A stretch of 64,000 nt of DNA from positions 2,976,001 to 3,040,000 of the forward strand of contig OZ253462.1 in NCBI GenBank assembly GCA_965261395.1, in the 5' to 3' direction. The first letter of the stretch is position 1. The number at the start of each line of letters is the position of its first letter. Source of the stretch: Candidatus Latescibacterota bacterium (lineage in GTDB: Bacteria > Latescibacterota > UBA2968 > UBA8231). A program made the position numbers and the translations under genes. Below the pieces are notes generated by a model. The model was not told where the DNA came from and made no database searches. It saw only the letters and a program-made list of their open reading frames with translations. Of the stretch, positions 18,448-27,421 are shown piece after piece.

Positions 18448-19893
18448 ATGGGTACTCTGCACGGCACGATTATCGACGCAGTCACCGGCGAATCGCTCGA
18501 CGCCAAAGTCCACGTACTCAACGCCACAGGCACCTTTTCCCAGCCGCCGAACACCATGCTGAAGCGCGGCCCGGGCACGCCGTTTTTCTTTTGCGATGGC
18601 GCGTTTGTCGCTGAGGGCAGCCGGGGTCGCACGGATGTGCTGGTCGAGCGCGGCACCGAGTACGAACCCTATCGCACGACCGTCGAATTGCCCGCCAAGG
18701 GCCGCGTCGATTTGGAGATTCCGCTGCGCCGTTGGTACCGCCCCCAAGAGGATGCTTGGTATCCGGGCAACACGCACATCCACTACGACGAAAAGGAGAC
18801 CCGGCCCGACGAGCGGCTCGGGATCGATTGCAGCGTCGAGGGATACAACGTCACCTGCGTCAGCGTGCTCGACCGCCGCCAACTGCCCTACGCATCCAAC
18901 AAGTATCCCCTCGGCGTGATGAACGAGTTTACGACCGCCCATCACGTCCTCGATATCGGCGAGGAAAACCGCCACTACGGAGATAACTCGCCGTGGGGCT
19001 TTGGCTACGGCCACGTGATGTTGCTCAACATCCGCAACCTCGTGCAGCCCGTCAGCCGCGGCCACACTCTCGCCGGGCAATTCGACCCGGACTACCCGCC
19101 GTTGTGCTTTTGCTGCGACGACGCCCGCGAGCAGGGCGGCTTGGTCATCTGGTGCCACAACGGCCGCGGCATGGAGGCTCCGGTGGCCGCAGCGCTCGGC
19201 AAGCTCGACGCCTTCAACCTGTTCGACCCCTTTTGGATGGATCCAGAATACGACCTCTGGTACAAGCTGCTCAACTGCGGTCTGCGGCTGCCAGCCTCGA
19301 CCGGCACGGACTGGTTTGTGTGCTCCAACAACCGCGTGTACGTCCAAGTAGATGGGGAATTTTCGTATGCGAACTGGATCGAAGGCATGAAACAGGGGCG
19401 GACCTTCATAACCAACGGCCCGGCCCTCCAGCTCACACTCAACGAGCGTCCGATGGGCGAGACCGTGGAATGCGAAAGCGGCGCGGAGTTAGAGGCCGAA
19501 GTGAACTTTAGCTCGTTTTATCCCATTGAACGCGCCGAGTTGGTGGTCAACGGCTCGGTAGTCCAGCGCTGGGAATGGCTAGGTGGTCGGCGCGAGGGCA
19601 CATTGCGCCACGGCTTCAGGGCCGAGCGCGACGGCTGGGTTGCCGCCCGCCTGTGGGGCGACTCGCGCGACAGCTTCGGCCAGTCCATGTACGCGCATTC
19701 GAGCCCGAGCTATTTCCGCGGCGGCGCGCCGTCGGCTGAGCGCGACGCGGCCGCGAGCTTCTTCCTCCGCTCGATCGACGAATCGCTCAAGTGGATCGGC
19801 ACCTATGGTCGCTACAACAACAACCAGCAGCGCGAGGACGTGCGGGAATTGTTCAGGAGGGGGCGCGAGGTGTACGCGGGGTTAGCTGGCTAA
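18448..19893 (+). CDS. CehA/McbA-like PHP metallohydrolase
   Basis: ERG.EY, HIH, GH, WY.LLN.G.R.PA..GTD, RVY, G.TF.TNGP. Confidence 0.75.
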   Translation: MGTLHGTIIDAVTGESLDAKVHVLNATGTFSQPPNTMLKRGPGTPFFFCDGAFVAEGSRGRTDVLVERGTEYEPYRTTVELPAKGRVDLEIPLRRWYRPQEDAWYPGNTHIHYDEKETRPDERLGIDCSVEGYNVTCVSVLDRRQLPYASNKYPLGVMNEFTTAHHVLDIGEENRHYGDNSPWGFGYGHVMLLNIRNLVQPVSRGHTLAGQFDPDYPPLCFCCDDAREQGGLVIWCHNGRGMEAPVAAALGKLDAFNLFDPFWMDPEYDLWYKLLNCGLRLPASTGTDWFVCSNNRVYVQVDGEFSYANWIEGMKQGRTFITNGPALQLTLNERPMGETVECESGAELEAEVNFSSFYPIERAELVVNGSVVQRWEWLGGRREGTLRHGFRAERDGWVAARLWGDSRDSFGQSMYAHSSPSYFRGGAPSAERDAAASFFLRSIDESLKWIGTYGRYNNNQQREDVRELFRRGREVYAGLAG

Positions 19894-20650
19894 GCGGCCA
19901 CCAAGCGCGGGTGATTTCGCCGAACTCGCGCGGTGTGACCGTGTACACGGGTTTGTTCTTGATCTTCTTGCTCAGGTTGGCGGCTGCGGGGACGATCTGC
20001 TGGACGCGCTCTTGGCGGCGGGCAAAGAGGCTTTCCAAGACCTGCCTAAAGAAATCTTCGGACGGCACGGCGAACTTGGGCTTGGTGCGCTTGATGAGTA
20101 CCAGCGCGCTCTCGACCTCGGGGCGGGGAGAAAAGGCGTCTTTGCCTACCTGCTCGATCCACTCTACTTGGGCCAGCCGCCCCACGGCGACTCCTAGCCG
20201 ACCATAGCCCTTTTGGCCGACGGTGGCGCACAGCCGCTGGGCCAGCCGCTTGGGCAACATGAGCACGGCCCGCTCGAAGCGCTGGTTTAACAGCTTGAAT
20301 ACAATCGGCAGGGCCACTTGATACGGCAGGTTGGCCACCGCCTTGTCAAAGGGCGGAAAATCCACGGCCAACGCATCGCCCCATAATACCTTGAGATGCC
20401 CGTGCCGCCGCTGTAAGTCCTTGAGACACGGGGCGAACTGGCTATCTTGCTCCACTGCCACGACCTGCCCGGCTCGCTCTAGCAGCAACTGCGTCAGATT
20501 GCCGATTCCAGCCCCGATCTCCAGCACCGTATCCCCGGCCGCAATGTCGGCGCAAGCCACTTCCCGGCGCAGGATTGCGGTGTTGGTGAGGAAGTTCTGG
20601 CCGAGACTTTTCTTGGGGCGGATGGGGTAGTTACGCCAAAACTCACTCAA
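19853..20650 (-). CDS. rsmA: 16S rRNA adenine dimethyltransferase
   Basis: KKSLGQNFL, LEIGAGIG, ANLPY, F.P.P.V.S. Confidence 0.92.
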   Translation of the reverse strand: MSEFWRNYPIRPKKSLGQNFLTNTAILRREVACADIAAGDTVLEIGAGIGNLTQLLLERAGQVVAVEQDSQFAPCLKDLQRRHGHLKVLWGDALAVDFPPFDKAVANLPYQVALPIVFKLLNQRFERAVLMLPKRLAQRLCATVGQKGYGRLGVAVGRLAQVEWIEQVGKDAFSPRPEVESALVLIKRTKPKFAVPSEDFFRQVLESLFARRQERVQQIVPAAANLSKKIKNKPVYTVTPREFGEITRAWWPLSQLTPRTPRAPS

Positions 20651-20663
20651 ATCACAGTCCAGA

Positions 20664-21599
20664 CTAATGCGCTAAAAATCGCTCGGCCTCGATCGCCGCC
20701 ATACACCCAGTGCCGGCTGCGGTGACGGCTTGTCGGTACACGGAGTCCTGCACGTCGCCGCAGGCAAAAACTCCGGGGATGGCGGTCGCGGTCGAATCCG
20801 GGTTGGTGAGGATGTAGCCTTGCTCGTTCATGGCCAATGCGCCCGCGAAAAGCTGGGAGTTGGGCACGTGGCCGATGGCCATAAAGACCCCCTCGCAGGG
20901 AAATTCGCGCGTCTGACCCGTTTGGGTGTCGCGCAGCAGCACCCCGCGCACGGCTAGCTCGCCCTCGGTCTGCAAAATTTCGTCGATTGTGGCGTTGATC
21001 ACGAAGTCGATCTTGTCGTTGTCCTGCGCGCGCTTGAGCATGATTTTGGAGGCGCGAAACTCGTCGCGGCGGTGGACGATGGTGACCTTGGAGGCGAATT
21101 TCGTCAGGTAGGTCCCTTCCTCCATGGCGGAGTCGCCGCCGCCGCCGACGACTAGCTCCTTGTCGCGGAAGAAAAAGCCGTCGCAGGTGGCACAAGCCGA
21201 GACCCCATGTCCCATGAGCCGCGTCTCGGACTCTAGGCCGAGCAGGCGCGCCGACGCGCCGGTGGCGATGATCAGCGCGTCGCAAGTGTAGGAGGCGTCG
21301 TCGCTTTTGACGGCAAAGGGCCGCTTGGATAGATCGACTTCGGTCGCAATTTTGAATTGGCACTCGGCCCCAAAGCGCTGTGACTGCTGGCGCATCAGAT
21401 CGACGAGTTCTGGCCCCATGATGCCGTCGGGGAAGCCTGGGTAATTCTCTACGTCTGTGGTAATGGTTAGCTGGCCGCCCGGCTGCAAGCCCTCTAGGAC
21501 GAGCGGGGCGAGGTCGGCTCTGGCCGCGTACAGGGCGGCGGTCAGCCCGGCCGGCCCCGAGCCGATGATGACGACCTTGTAGTGATGATTCTCGCTCAT
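20664..21599 (-). CDS. trxB: thioredoxin-disulfide reductase
   Basis: [27 protein letters not shown]. Confidence 0.97.
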   Translation of the reverse strand: MSENHHYKVVIIGSGPAGLTAALYAARADLAPLVLEGLQPGGQLTITTDVENYPGFPDGIMGPELVDLMRQQSQRFGAECQFKIATEVDLSKRPFAVKSDDASYTCDALIIATGASARLLGLESETRLMGHGVSACATCDGFFFRDKELVVGGGGDSAMEEGTYLTKFASKVTIVHRRDEFRASKIMLKRAQDNDKIDFVINATIDEILQTEGELAVRGVLLRDTQTGQTREFPCEGVFMAIGHVPNSQLFAGALAMNEQGYILTNPDSTATAIPGVFACGDVQDSVYRQAVTAAGTGCMAAIEAERFLAH

Positions 21600-21611
21600 T
21601 GTTCTCCTTTT

Positions 21612-22568
21612 TCAGACGATGCGGCTCAAAAGTTCTCGGCTCTCCAACCCGGCCAGCAGATTGCCGACCGACCGCTCGGCCATGGCTTGGCGCGTCTGGT
21701 GCGTTGCGCTGCCTAGGTGGGGTATGATGACGACGTTGTCCAGCGCTAGGAGGGGATGGTCGCGGGGCAGGGGTTCGGGTTCGGTTACGTCGAGGGCGGC
21801 TGCGTGGAGGCCGTTGCTTTGCAGGGTTTCTAACAGCGCGTCGTGATCAACGACGCCTCCGCGCGCGGCGTTGACCAGTACGGCCGACTTCTTCATCAGA
21901 CCCAACTCGCGTCGGCCGATCATGCCCCGCGTCTGAGCGGTCAGTGGCATGTTCAAGGTCACGAAATCCGCCTGCTGGAGCAGTTCGTCCAGCCCGACGT
22001 AGCGCGCTCCGAGGTCGGCTTCGGCCTTGGGGTTGCGATGGCGATTGTGGTACAAGATGGTCATGTCGAAGGCCAGCCCGCGGCGCGCTACTTGGTAGCC
22101 GATGCTGCCCAGCCCGATGATGCCGAGGACTTGGTGGTGGACCTCCTGCCCCAGCATGAAGCTCGGATCGTAGGCCACAAAATCCGGGCCGCGGGCAAAG
22201 TGTTCGCCTTGGATGAGGTTGCGCGCTGCGGCCAAGAGCAGGGCGAAGGTTATATCGGCCGTCGCGCCGTCGAGGACGTTGGGGGTGTTGCCTACGGGGA
22301 TGCCGCGCTCTTGAGCAGCTTGGAGGTCGATGTGATCGACGCCCACGCCGTAGTTGCTGATGACGCGGAGGTCGGGCATGAGATCCATGTATGCGGCGGT
22401 GAAGGCGTAGTGGCCGTAGTTGTACACGCCTTCGATGGTGCGGAGGCGTTCGGTCGGGGGCTGCGGGTGCAGCGGATTCCAGCGCACGATCTCGGCGTGT
22501 TCCTCGATCATGGGAATGATGGTGTGATACGGTTCGATTTCCGAGCGGATTAGGACTTTGTAGGGCAT
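21612..22568 (-). CDS. D-2-hydroxyacid dehydrogenase (glyoxylate reductase-like)
   Basis: GVGVDHID, GLGSIG, VN.ARG, LDV..PEP, PHLGS. Confidence 0.92.
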   Translation of the reverse strand: MPYKVLIRSEIEPYHTIIPMIEEHAEIVRWNPLHPQPPTERLRTIEGVYNYGHYAFTAAYMDLMPDLRVISNYGVGVDHIDLQAAQERGIPVGNTPNVLDGATADITFALLLAAARNLIQGEHFARGPDFVAYDPSFMLGQEVHHQVLGIIGLGSIGYQVARRGLAFDMTILYHNRHRNPKAEADLGARYVGLDELLQQADFVTLNMPLTAQTRGMIGRRELGLMKKSAVLVNAARGGVVDHDALLETLQSNGLHAAALDVTEPEPLPRDHPLLALDNVVIIPHLGSATHQTRQAMAERSVGNLLAGLESRELLSRIV

Positions 22569-22678
22569 CGGGCAATTGGGGATTAGGGATTGGGTTCCAA
22601 AGGGAGGGAATATAAAGAAGGCGTCCGTTTCAGCAAGAGACCTTGACGCCTAGGATGGTGTGCGCGACCTTGAGCTTC

Positions 22679-23428
22679 ATGCTGATTGCACACCCCAAAG
22701 GACACTATCGCTTTCTCCAGGGCATTGACCCCTATTCCTGTGGCGTCGTCGCCGAGCCGGGCTGGGAGATTGTCCGCGTCGTGCTCGCCGAGCCGCTGCC
22801 GTGGCGAGAGGGTTTTGAGCGCGTGGATGCGTATCTGGCGGCGGAAGGGTGTGACCGCGTCGCGCTCTGTGCGATGGAATTGCGCTCGCCCGCGCCCTTT
22901 ACCATGCAGGGATTCATCGACTTCAACCGCGAGTACTGCGCCGTCCTGCGGGCGTGGGGTTTGTACGTGGACGAGCTCAATCCGGTGGCCCGCACGAACG
23001 TTGCGCCGGCGTGCGACCCGCCGTCTGTGCCTTCGCTGTATGCCTTTTCCTACGCGGTTCCCAATGACCGGATCGACCGCAAAACCCTGATCGTGGCTGG
23101 GGCCGGCGAGTTGCGGGGTGGTCGCCTCGTGGCCGAGGGGATTATTCGCTCCGGTGACACGTCGCCCGCTGCCATGCGTGAGAAGGCCGCTTATGTGGCG
23201 CAGGTTATGGGCGAGCGGCTCGCGGGCCTCGGCGGGACTTGGGATCTGATCGACGCGGTTGACGTGTACACCATCTATCCCTTAGCGGAAATCTTCGAAG
23301 AAATTCTCCTGCCGACGATGGGTGCGGCGCGGCGCGGCGGCGTCTGTTGGCACTACGCTCGGCCGCCGGTTGTGGACATCGACTTTGAGATGGATCTGCA
23401 CGGCGTGGTGACGCAGCGGATCGTCTAA
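22679..23428 (+). CDS. CnbZ-like (2-amino-5-chloromuconate deaminase family) protein
   Basis: Y.F..GI.PYS.GV.A.PG, LCA.ELRSPAPFT, NPVARTNV, RPPV...FEMD recalled from the CnbZ family. Confidence 0.7.
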   Translation: MLIAHPKGHYRFLQGIDPYSCGVVAEPGWEIVRVVLAEPLPWREGFERVDAYLAAEGCDRVALCAMELRSPAPFTMQGFIDFNREYCAVLRAWGLYVDELNPVARTNVAPACDPPSVPSLYAFSYAVPNDRIDRKTLIVAGAGELRGGRLVAEGIIRSGDTSPAAMREKAAYVAQVMGERLAGLGGTWDLIDAVDVYTIYPLAEIFEEILLPTMGAARRGGVCWHYARPPVVDIDFEMDLHGVVTQRIV

Positions 23429-23538
23429 GGCCGCCAGCGCCAGCCCCGCATCCTAAAAAATCCGATTTTTTTCTGCAACGAACATTCCCTGTCCGCTTAG
23501 AGCTTATCTTTATAACTGCTCCCAAAGGAGATGACGGT

Positions 23539-23613
23539 ATGAAAGCTGCAAACGTATGGCTCATCGGACTCTTTTTCGTCGTCTCCGCGTCGGCGGAGCC
23601 GCTGTTTGGGTAG
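23539..23613 (+). pseudogene. orphaned 5' end (signal peptide) of the WD40/FlgD protein
   Basis: RBS aaggag; MKAANVWLIGLFFVVSASAEPLF joins in frame to EGQVRLESG at 25806 when 23609-25805 is removed. Confidence 0.88.
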
Positions 23614-23629
23614 TGGTCTATTTTGAAAT

Positions 23630-23737
23630 TCAGGCCGCAGACCGTTTGCGATAGGTCTTGGGGCGGCGCGGCTTGGGTTCGAGCGCGGCGACGTGATCTA
23701 CTATCCAGCCTATATCGTAGAGGTGATCGGTTATCCC
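23630..23737 (-). pseudogene. C-terminal remnant of an IS1-like transposase
   Basis: GITDHLYDIGWIVDHVAALEPKPRRPKTYRKRSAA* ends next to the TIR and resembles the basic tails of IS1-family transposases (recalled, not searched). Confidence 0.65.
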
Positions 23738-23740
23738 TGT

Positions 23741-24320
23741 TCAACCGATTGCGGGAGAAAATAAAGGAGACGAAAATCGAAATCGCCGAGCTGAAAGCAA
23801 AGGTTCAGCAAATGGAAAAGGTCGAGGCGTATCTGGTGGAGAAGCACTCAGACCCCACGCTTGAGTTCCTTGTGGACTTCTGGGCTAAGAAGCCGTCTGA
23901 AAATTCCGGTTGCCGTCCCTTGCGTGCAGAAAAAGGCCTAGGCTCCAGCGTGTCTCGCCCTATGAAAAACGCTTGACGCACAGATCGCTTGGACGACCCT
24001 TGAGGTGGTCCGCAGGGGGTTTTCAGACAGCTTCTAATGAATTTACTGTGGTTATTGAAGGGGCACAGCAAGTGCCGCGCGTGGGACCGACCGAAGCGGT
24101 TCGTCAACTATTCGCCGAGGCTGATACACCTATGACCGCGGCCCAGGTGCGAGACATTCTAGAGGATATGCGTCAGCAGGGGCAGATTGAGACACAAGTA
24201 AAGCTGTTCGATTCCGATAAGACGAATAAAATCTTGCGAAACTTGGCCAAGCAAAAATTCCTTTTGAAACAGGTCAAAGAAGAAGGAAATCGCCGTATTA
24301 GCCTCTACGTCAAACGTTAA
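23741..24320 (+). pseudogene. 5'-truncated, probably frameshifted coiled-coil + winged-helix passenger gene
   Basis: Heptad coiled coil in ORF 23623-23976; wHTH-like TEAVRQLF...PMTAAQVRDIL in the overlapping ORF 23910-24320. Confidence 0.5.
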
Positions 24321-24325
24321 GAAGG

Positions 24326-24940
24326 GTGATTTTGAAATTGACCCTTCGGCCTGGCCTGCGTATCAGCAGGGCGTCCATGTTGGGGCAACCACTACCCAGA
24401 AACGGAAGGATTTTCGTGGAGGCAGAAGGCTACTCGTCGCGCGAACAGATCATGGCGCACATCTTTGAAACCGCTGAACGCGAGGCCTGGTCGGACGGAA
24501 AACTTACGCTCCGGCTTGAGGAGCTCAGAATCACGGCCAGCTCTCTCAAGCAGATAATGAGGGTGTATCGGGAACACAAGAAGGTTTACGGGAAAATAAC
24601 GGAGGCCCAGTGGCGTGAAGTGCTAAACGCTTGGCGTGACGAAAAAGAAACGATGACGGGCCCGTATAACGCATTGCGTTGCTACGAGGTTGCCAAGGAA
24701 GTTGAAGGAGAGCTACGACACTACGAGGGCATATCTGTACGGTGGAAAACGGGTGGTTATGATCATACCGTCAAGTCCGAGGAAGAATACCTGGAACTGG
24801 AGATAGGGTGCGGTGCGGACCTTGTCGCTATTATCGAAGAGATTTACGAGAGGGGTTGGTACGGACTCTCCGGCAGAGCGCAAAACTTTCTAGAAAAGCT
24901 GTGCAGGAGGGAGAAATATCGCCGCAGCCTATTCGATTGA
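24326..24940 (+). CDS. hypothetical passenger protein
   Basis: 204-aa ORF, atypical codon use, followed by a terminator; start uncertain. Confidence 0.55.
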   Translation: MILKLTLRPGLRISRASMLGQPLPRNGRIFVEAEGYSSREQIMAHIFETAEREAWSDGKLTLRLEELRITASSLKQIMRVYREHKKVYGKITEAQWREVLNAWRDEKETMTGPYNALRCYEVAKEVEGELRHYEGISVRWKTGGYDHTVKSEEEYLELEIGCGADLVAIIEEIYERGWYGLSGRAQNFLEKLCRREKYRRSLFD

Positions 24941-24965
24941 GCTTGCGGACCTTTGGCCTGGTAGA

Positions 24966-25002
24966 GGGGCGATCCAGTCAGGTGGATCGCCCCCGTTTTT
25001 TT
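24966..25002 (+). terminator. intrinsic terminator
   Basis: stem ggggcgatcca/tggatcgcccc followed by a T-run. Confidence 0.75.
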
Positions 25003-25214
25003 GGGGGAGACTTGCACGGCTTGCTTGGAGGCGGCAAGATTGAGCGCTGTTCCAGTCGGTCAATCGCCTCGTGGACCACCGTGTGAGCTAGTTGATTTGG
25101 GTCGCGTGGTCGTTTGGGCTTGCTCTTGGACATGCTATAAATATGGGGAGTGGCCCAACGCCAAGCAAGCAGATTTCAAAACTGGGTCAATCATCTCAAA
25201 CCGGGGGTAATGCA

Positions 25215-25772
25215 ATGAAGATCGCCAGTTACGTCCTGTTGGGCCTTTTATCTTGCGTTGAGGTCTTGGCCGGAGAGACCGCCTTTGACAAAGCCGTAGA
25301 GGCATATCGGATCTACAAGAAAGCCCGGCACGCCTATTTTGAAGCCATTGACGTCCACGAGGAAATAAGACTGGCCTGGGATGCTGCTTGGGCCGCAGAT
25401 CGCGCTGATAAAGAAGCCCACAAGAAAGCCTGGGCGGCCTTTAATAAAGCCAGAGACGCAAATAAAGAAGTTAAAGGTGCCTATGCGATTTATCGTATAA
25501 GGGCAAAAGCCTATAACGAAGCCCAGCACGCGATTGAAGAAGTCCGGCTAGCCTTTGCCGCTTTGGAGGAAGCCCAGCGTGCCCTCGATGAAGCCAACCA
25601 TGTCATCGATGAAGCCCATCGTGCTGGCCGACCAGCCAGCACCAAAGCCTTTCGTGTTGCCGATGAAGCCCTCGCCGCCTTTGATGAAGCCAACGACACC
25701 TACTTGACTGTCCTTGAAGTCTTTGATGAAGCCATCAAAAAAGCCTACGAGAGGGGCGAAAAAAACCATTGA
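25215..25772 (+). CDS. secreted Ala-rich alpha-helical repeat protein (passenger)
   Basis: signal peptide MKIASYVLLGLLSCVEVLA; repeated DEA/EEA heptads. Confidence 0.7.
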   Translation: MKIASYVLLGLLSCVEVLAGETAFDKAVEAYRIYKKARHAYFEAIDVHEEIRLAWDAAWAADRADKEAHKKAWAAFNKARDANKEVKGAYAIYRIRAKAYNEAQHAIEEVRLAFAALEEAQRALDEANHVIDEAHRAGRPASTKAFRVADEALAAFDEANDTYLTVLEVFDEAIKKAYERGEKNH

Positions 25773-25797
25773 TTCAGTTTCAAAATAGACCACTACC

Positions 25798-27421
25798 GCT
25801 GTTTGAGGGGCAGGTGCGGTTGGAGTCTGGCGAACCGGTCGCGGATGCGCAGGTGCGGCTGTTTGATTTGACCGATCTGCGCCGATTCGTCGGCACGACC
25901 ACGGACGAGACCGGGCATTTTGTGCTGCCACTGCAAGCCTTTTCTACGGACAGGGGCACGGCTCTGCCGACCGATTTTGCGCTAGGGGAGAATTACCCCA
26001 ATCCGTTTAATCCTTCCACTATGAAAGCAGATGGTTCGGTCTATGGGTTGACCGTTTCGGGCGAGGGGTTGGTCGCGTATGTGAACCCGGCTTTTCGGGT
26101 CGGGGTTGGTGAGGTGGACATTGTGGTTGAAGAGCACGGCGGCATCCCGCGGATGAAGCGCGCTGCAGGTGGGATTTTGGGGGATGTGGACGGCAATGGC
26201 CAAGTCGATGTCTTCGATGTGCTGTATGTGCTGCTGTATAGCGTGGATCCGTCCATTGTGCTCCCCAACAACGGCGATATTTCCCGTGGCGATGTGAACG
26301 GTGATGGCATGGTCGAGGTAGCTGACGCGGTGCTCCTTCTCCGCTACCTCAGCAATCCGTCCGATCCCGCATTGCCTCTAGGCATCGGCCAGGATTCCGA
26401 CGACACCCTTGCTGGGGCGACTGAGGTGTCTTTAGGGAGCATGGATGGTGATTATCGGACGTGGCATCTACCTGACGGCGCGATGGCTCGCCTAGGAAAA
26501 GGAACCATTCGCGACATAGCCTTCTCACCGGTGGGTCCATACCTCGCGGTGGCCAGTAGCATCGGCGTGTGGATATACGAAGTGGCGACGTCTCGTGCCC
26601 TGATGCTGCTACCGACTGCAAGTGGGGTCTATTCGGTATCGTTTTCGCCGGATGGGGCGACCCTTGCTTCCGGGTCATTAGATGGCACGGTTCGGCTGTG
26701 GGCTGTGGCGACCGGCGAGCCTATCGCCCCCCTTGAAGGGCCTACGGGTGGGGTCTATTCGGTATCGTTTTCGCCGGATGGGGCGACCCTTGCTTCCGGG
26801 TCATGGGATGGCACGGTTCGGCTGTGGGCTGTGGCGACCGGCGAGCCTATCGCCCCCCTTGAAGGGCCTACGGGTGGGGTCTATTCGGTATCGTTTTCGC
26901 CGGATGGGGCGACCCTTGCTTCCGGGTCATGGGATGGCACGGTTCGGCTGTGGGCTGTGGCGACCGGCGAGCCTATCGCCCCCCTTGAAGGGCCTACGGG
27001 TGGGGTCTATTCGGTATCGTTTTCGCCGGATGGGGCGACCCTTGCTTCCGGGTCATGGGATGGCACGATTCTGTTGTGGGACGTGGCCGAATGGACGAAC
27101 TCGGGGACTGCCGTCGCGGCGAATAAGTTGATCGGTCTGCCGGATGAACTTCAGTTGCAGCAAAACGCGCCCAACCCGTTCAATAGCCAGACGATCCTCT
27201 CCTACTTCCTGCCGAAATCGGGTCCGGTGCGCCTAGAACTGTTTTCGGTGACCGGGCAGCGGGTGGCGGTCCTGCGCCAAGGGCCGCAGCAGGCGGGCTA
27301 CCACCGGCTCGCCTGGGAAGCCCAAGACGACGCAGGTCGCCCCTTGGCCAGCGGCATCTACTTTTACCGGCTGAAGACAACTAACGGCATCTTGACGCGT
27401 AAATTCACCCTGCTACGCTGA
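25798..27421 (+). pseudogene. disrupted secreted dockerin + WD40 + FlgD-Ig sorting-domain protein (3' part)
   Basis: Dockerin GDVDGNG...GDVNGDG, WD40 repeats, C-terminal QNAPNPFN...ASGIYFYRL; separated from its signal peptide by the TIR element. Confidence 0.85.
26622..27067 (+). repeat. about 3.5 near-identical 126-bp WD40 repeats
   Basis: units start at 26623, 26749, 26875 and 27001. Confidence 0.95.

Larger units (their letters stand above)
23609..25797. mobile_element. non-autonomous IS1-family-like transposon carrying passenger genes
   Basis: Perfect 20-bp TIR ggtagtggtctattttgaaa (23609-23628 and 25778-25797); 8-bp TSD gctgtttg (23601-23608 and 25798-25805); family assignment from recalled similarity. 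Confidence 0.9.

Noticed and set aside
17494-19347. 617-aa minus-strand ORF
   Set aside because: Shadow of two well-supported plus-strand genes in high-GC DNA.
25173-25192. Internal TIR-like sequence atttcaaaactgggtcaatc
   Set aside because: Only about 8 bp match the TIR; too weak to call a former element end.
25769-25797. TTG start for an intact 550-aa protein
   Set aside because: These codons lie in the transposon end; the true 5' end is at 23539.
26622-27067. Diversity-generating retroelement TR/VR pair
   Set aside because: Repeats are tandem and in frame, lack an adenine-specific mismatch pattern, and no reverse transcriptase is present.
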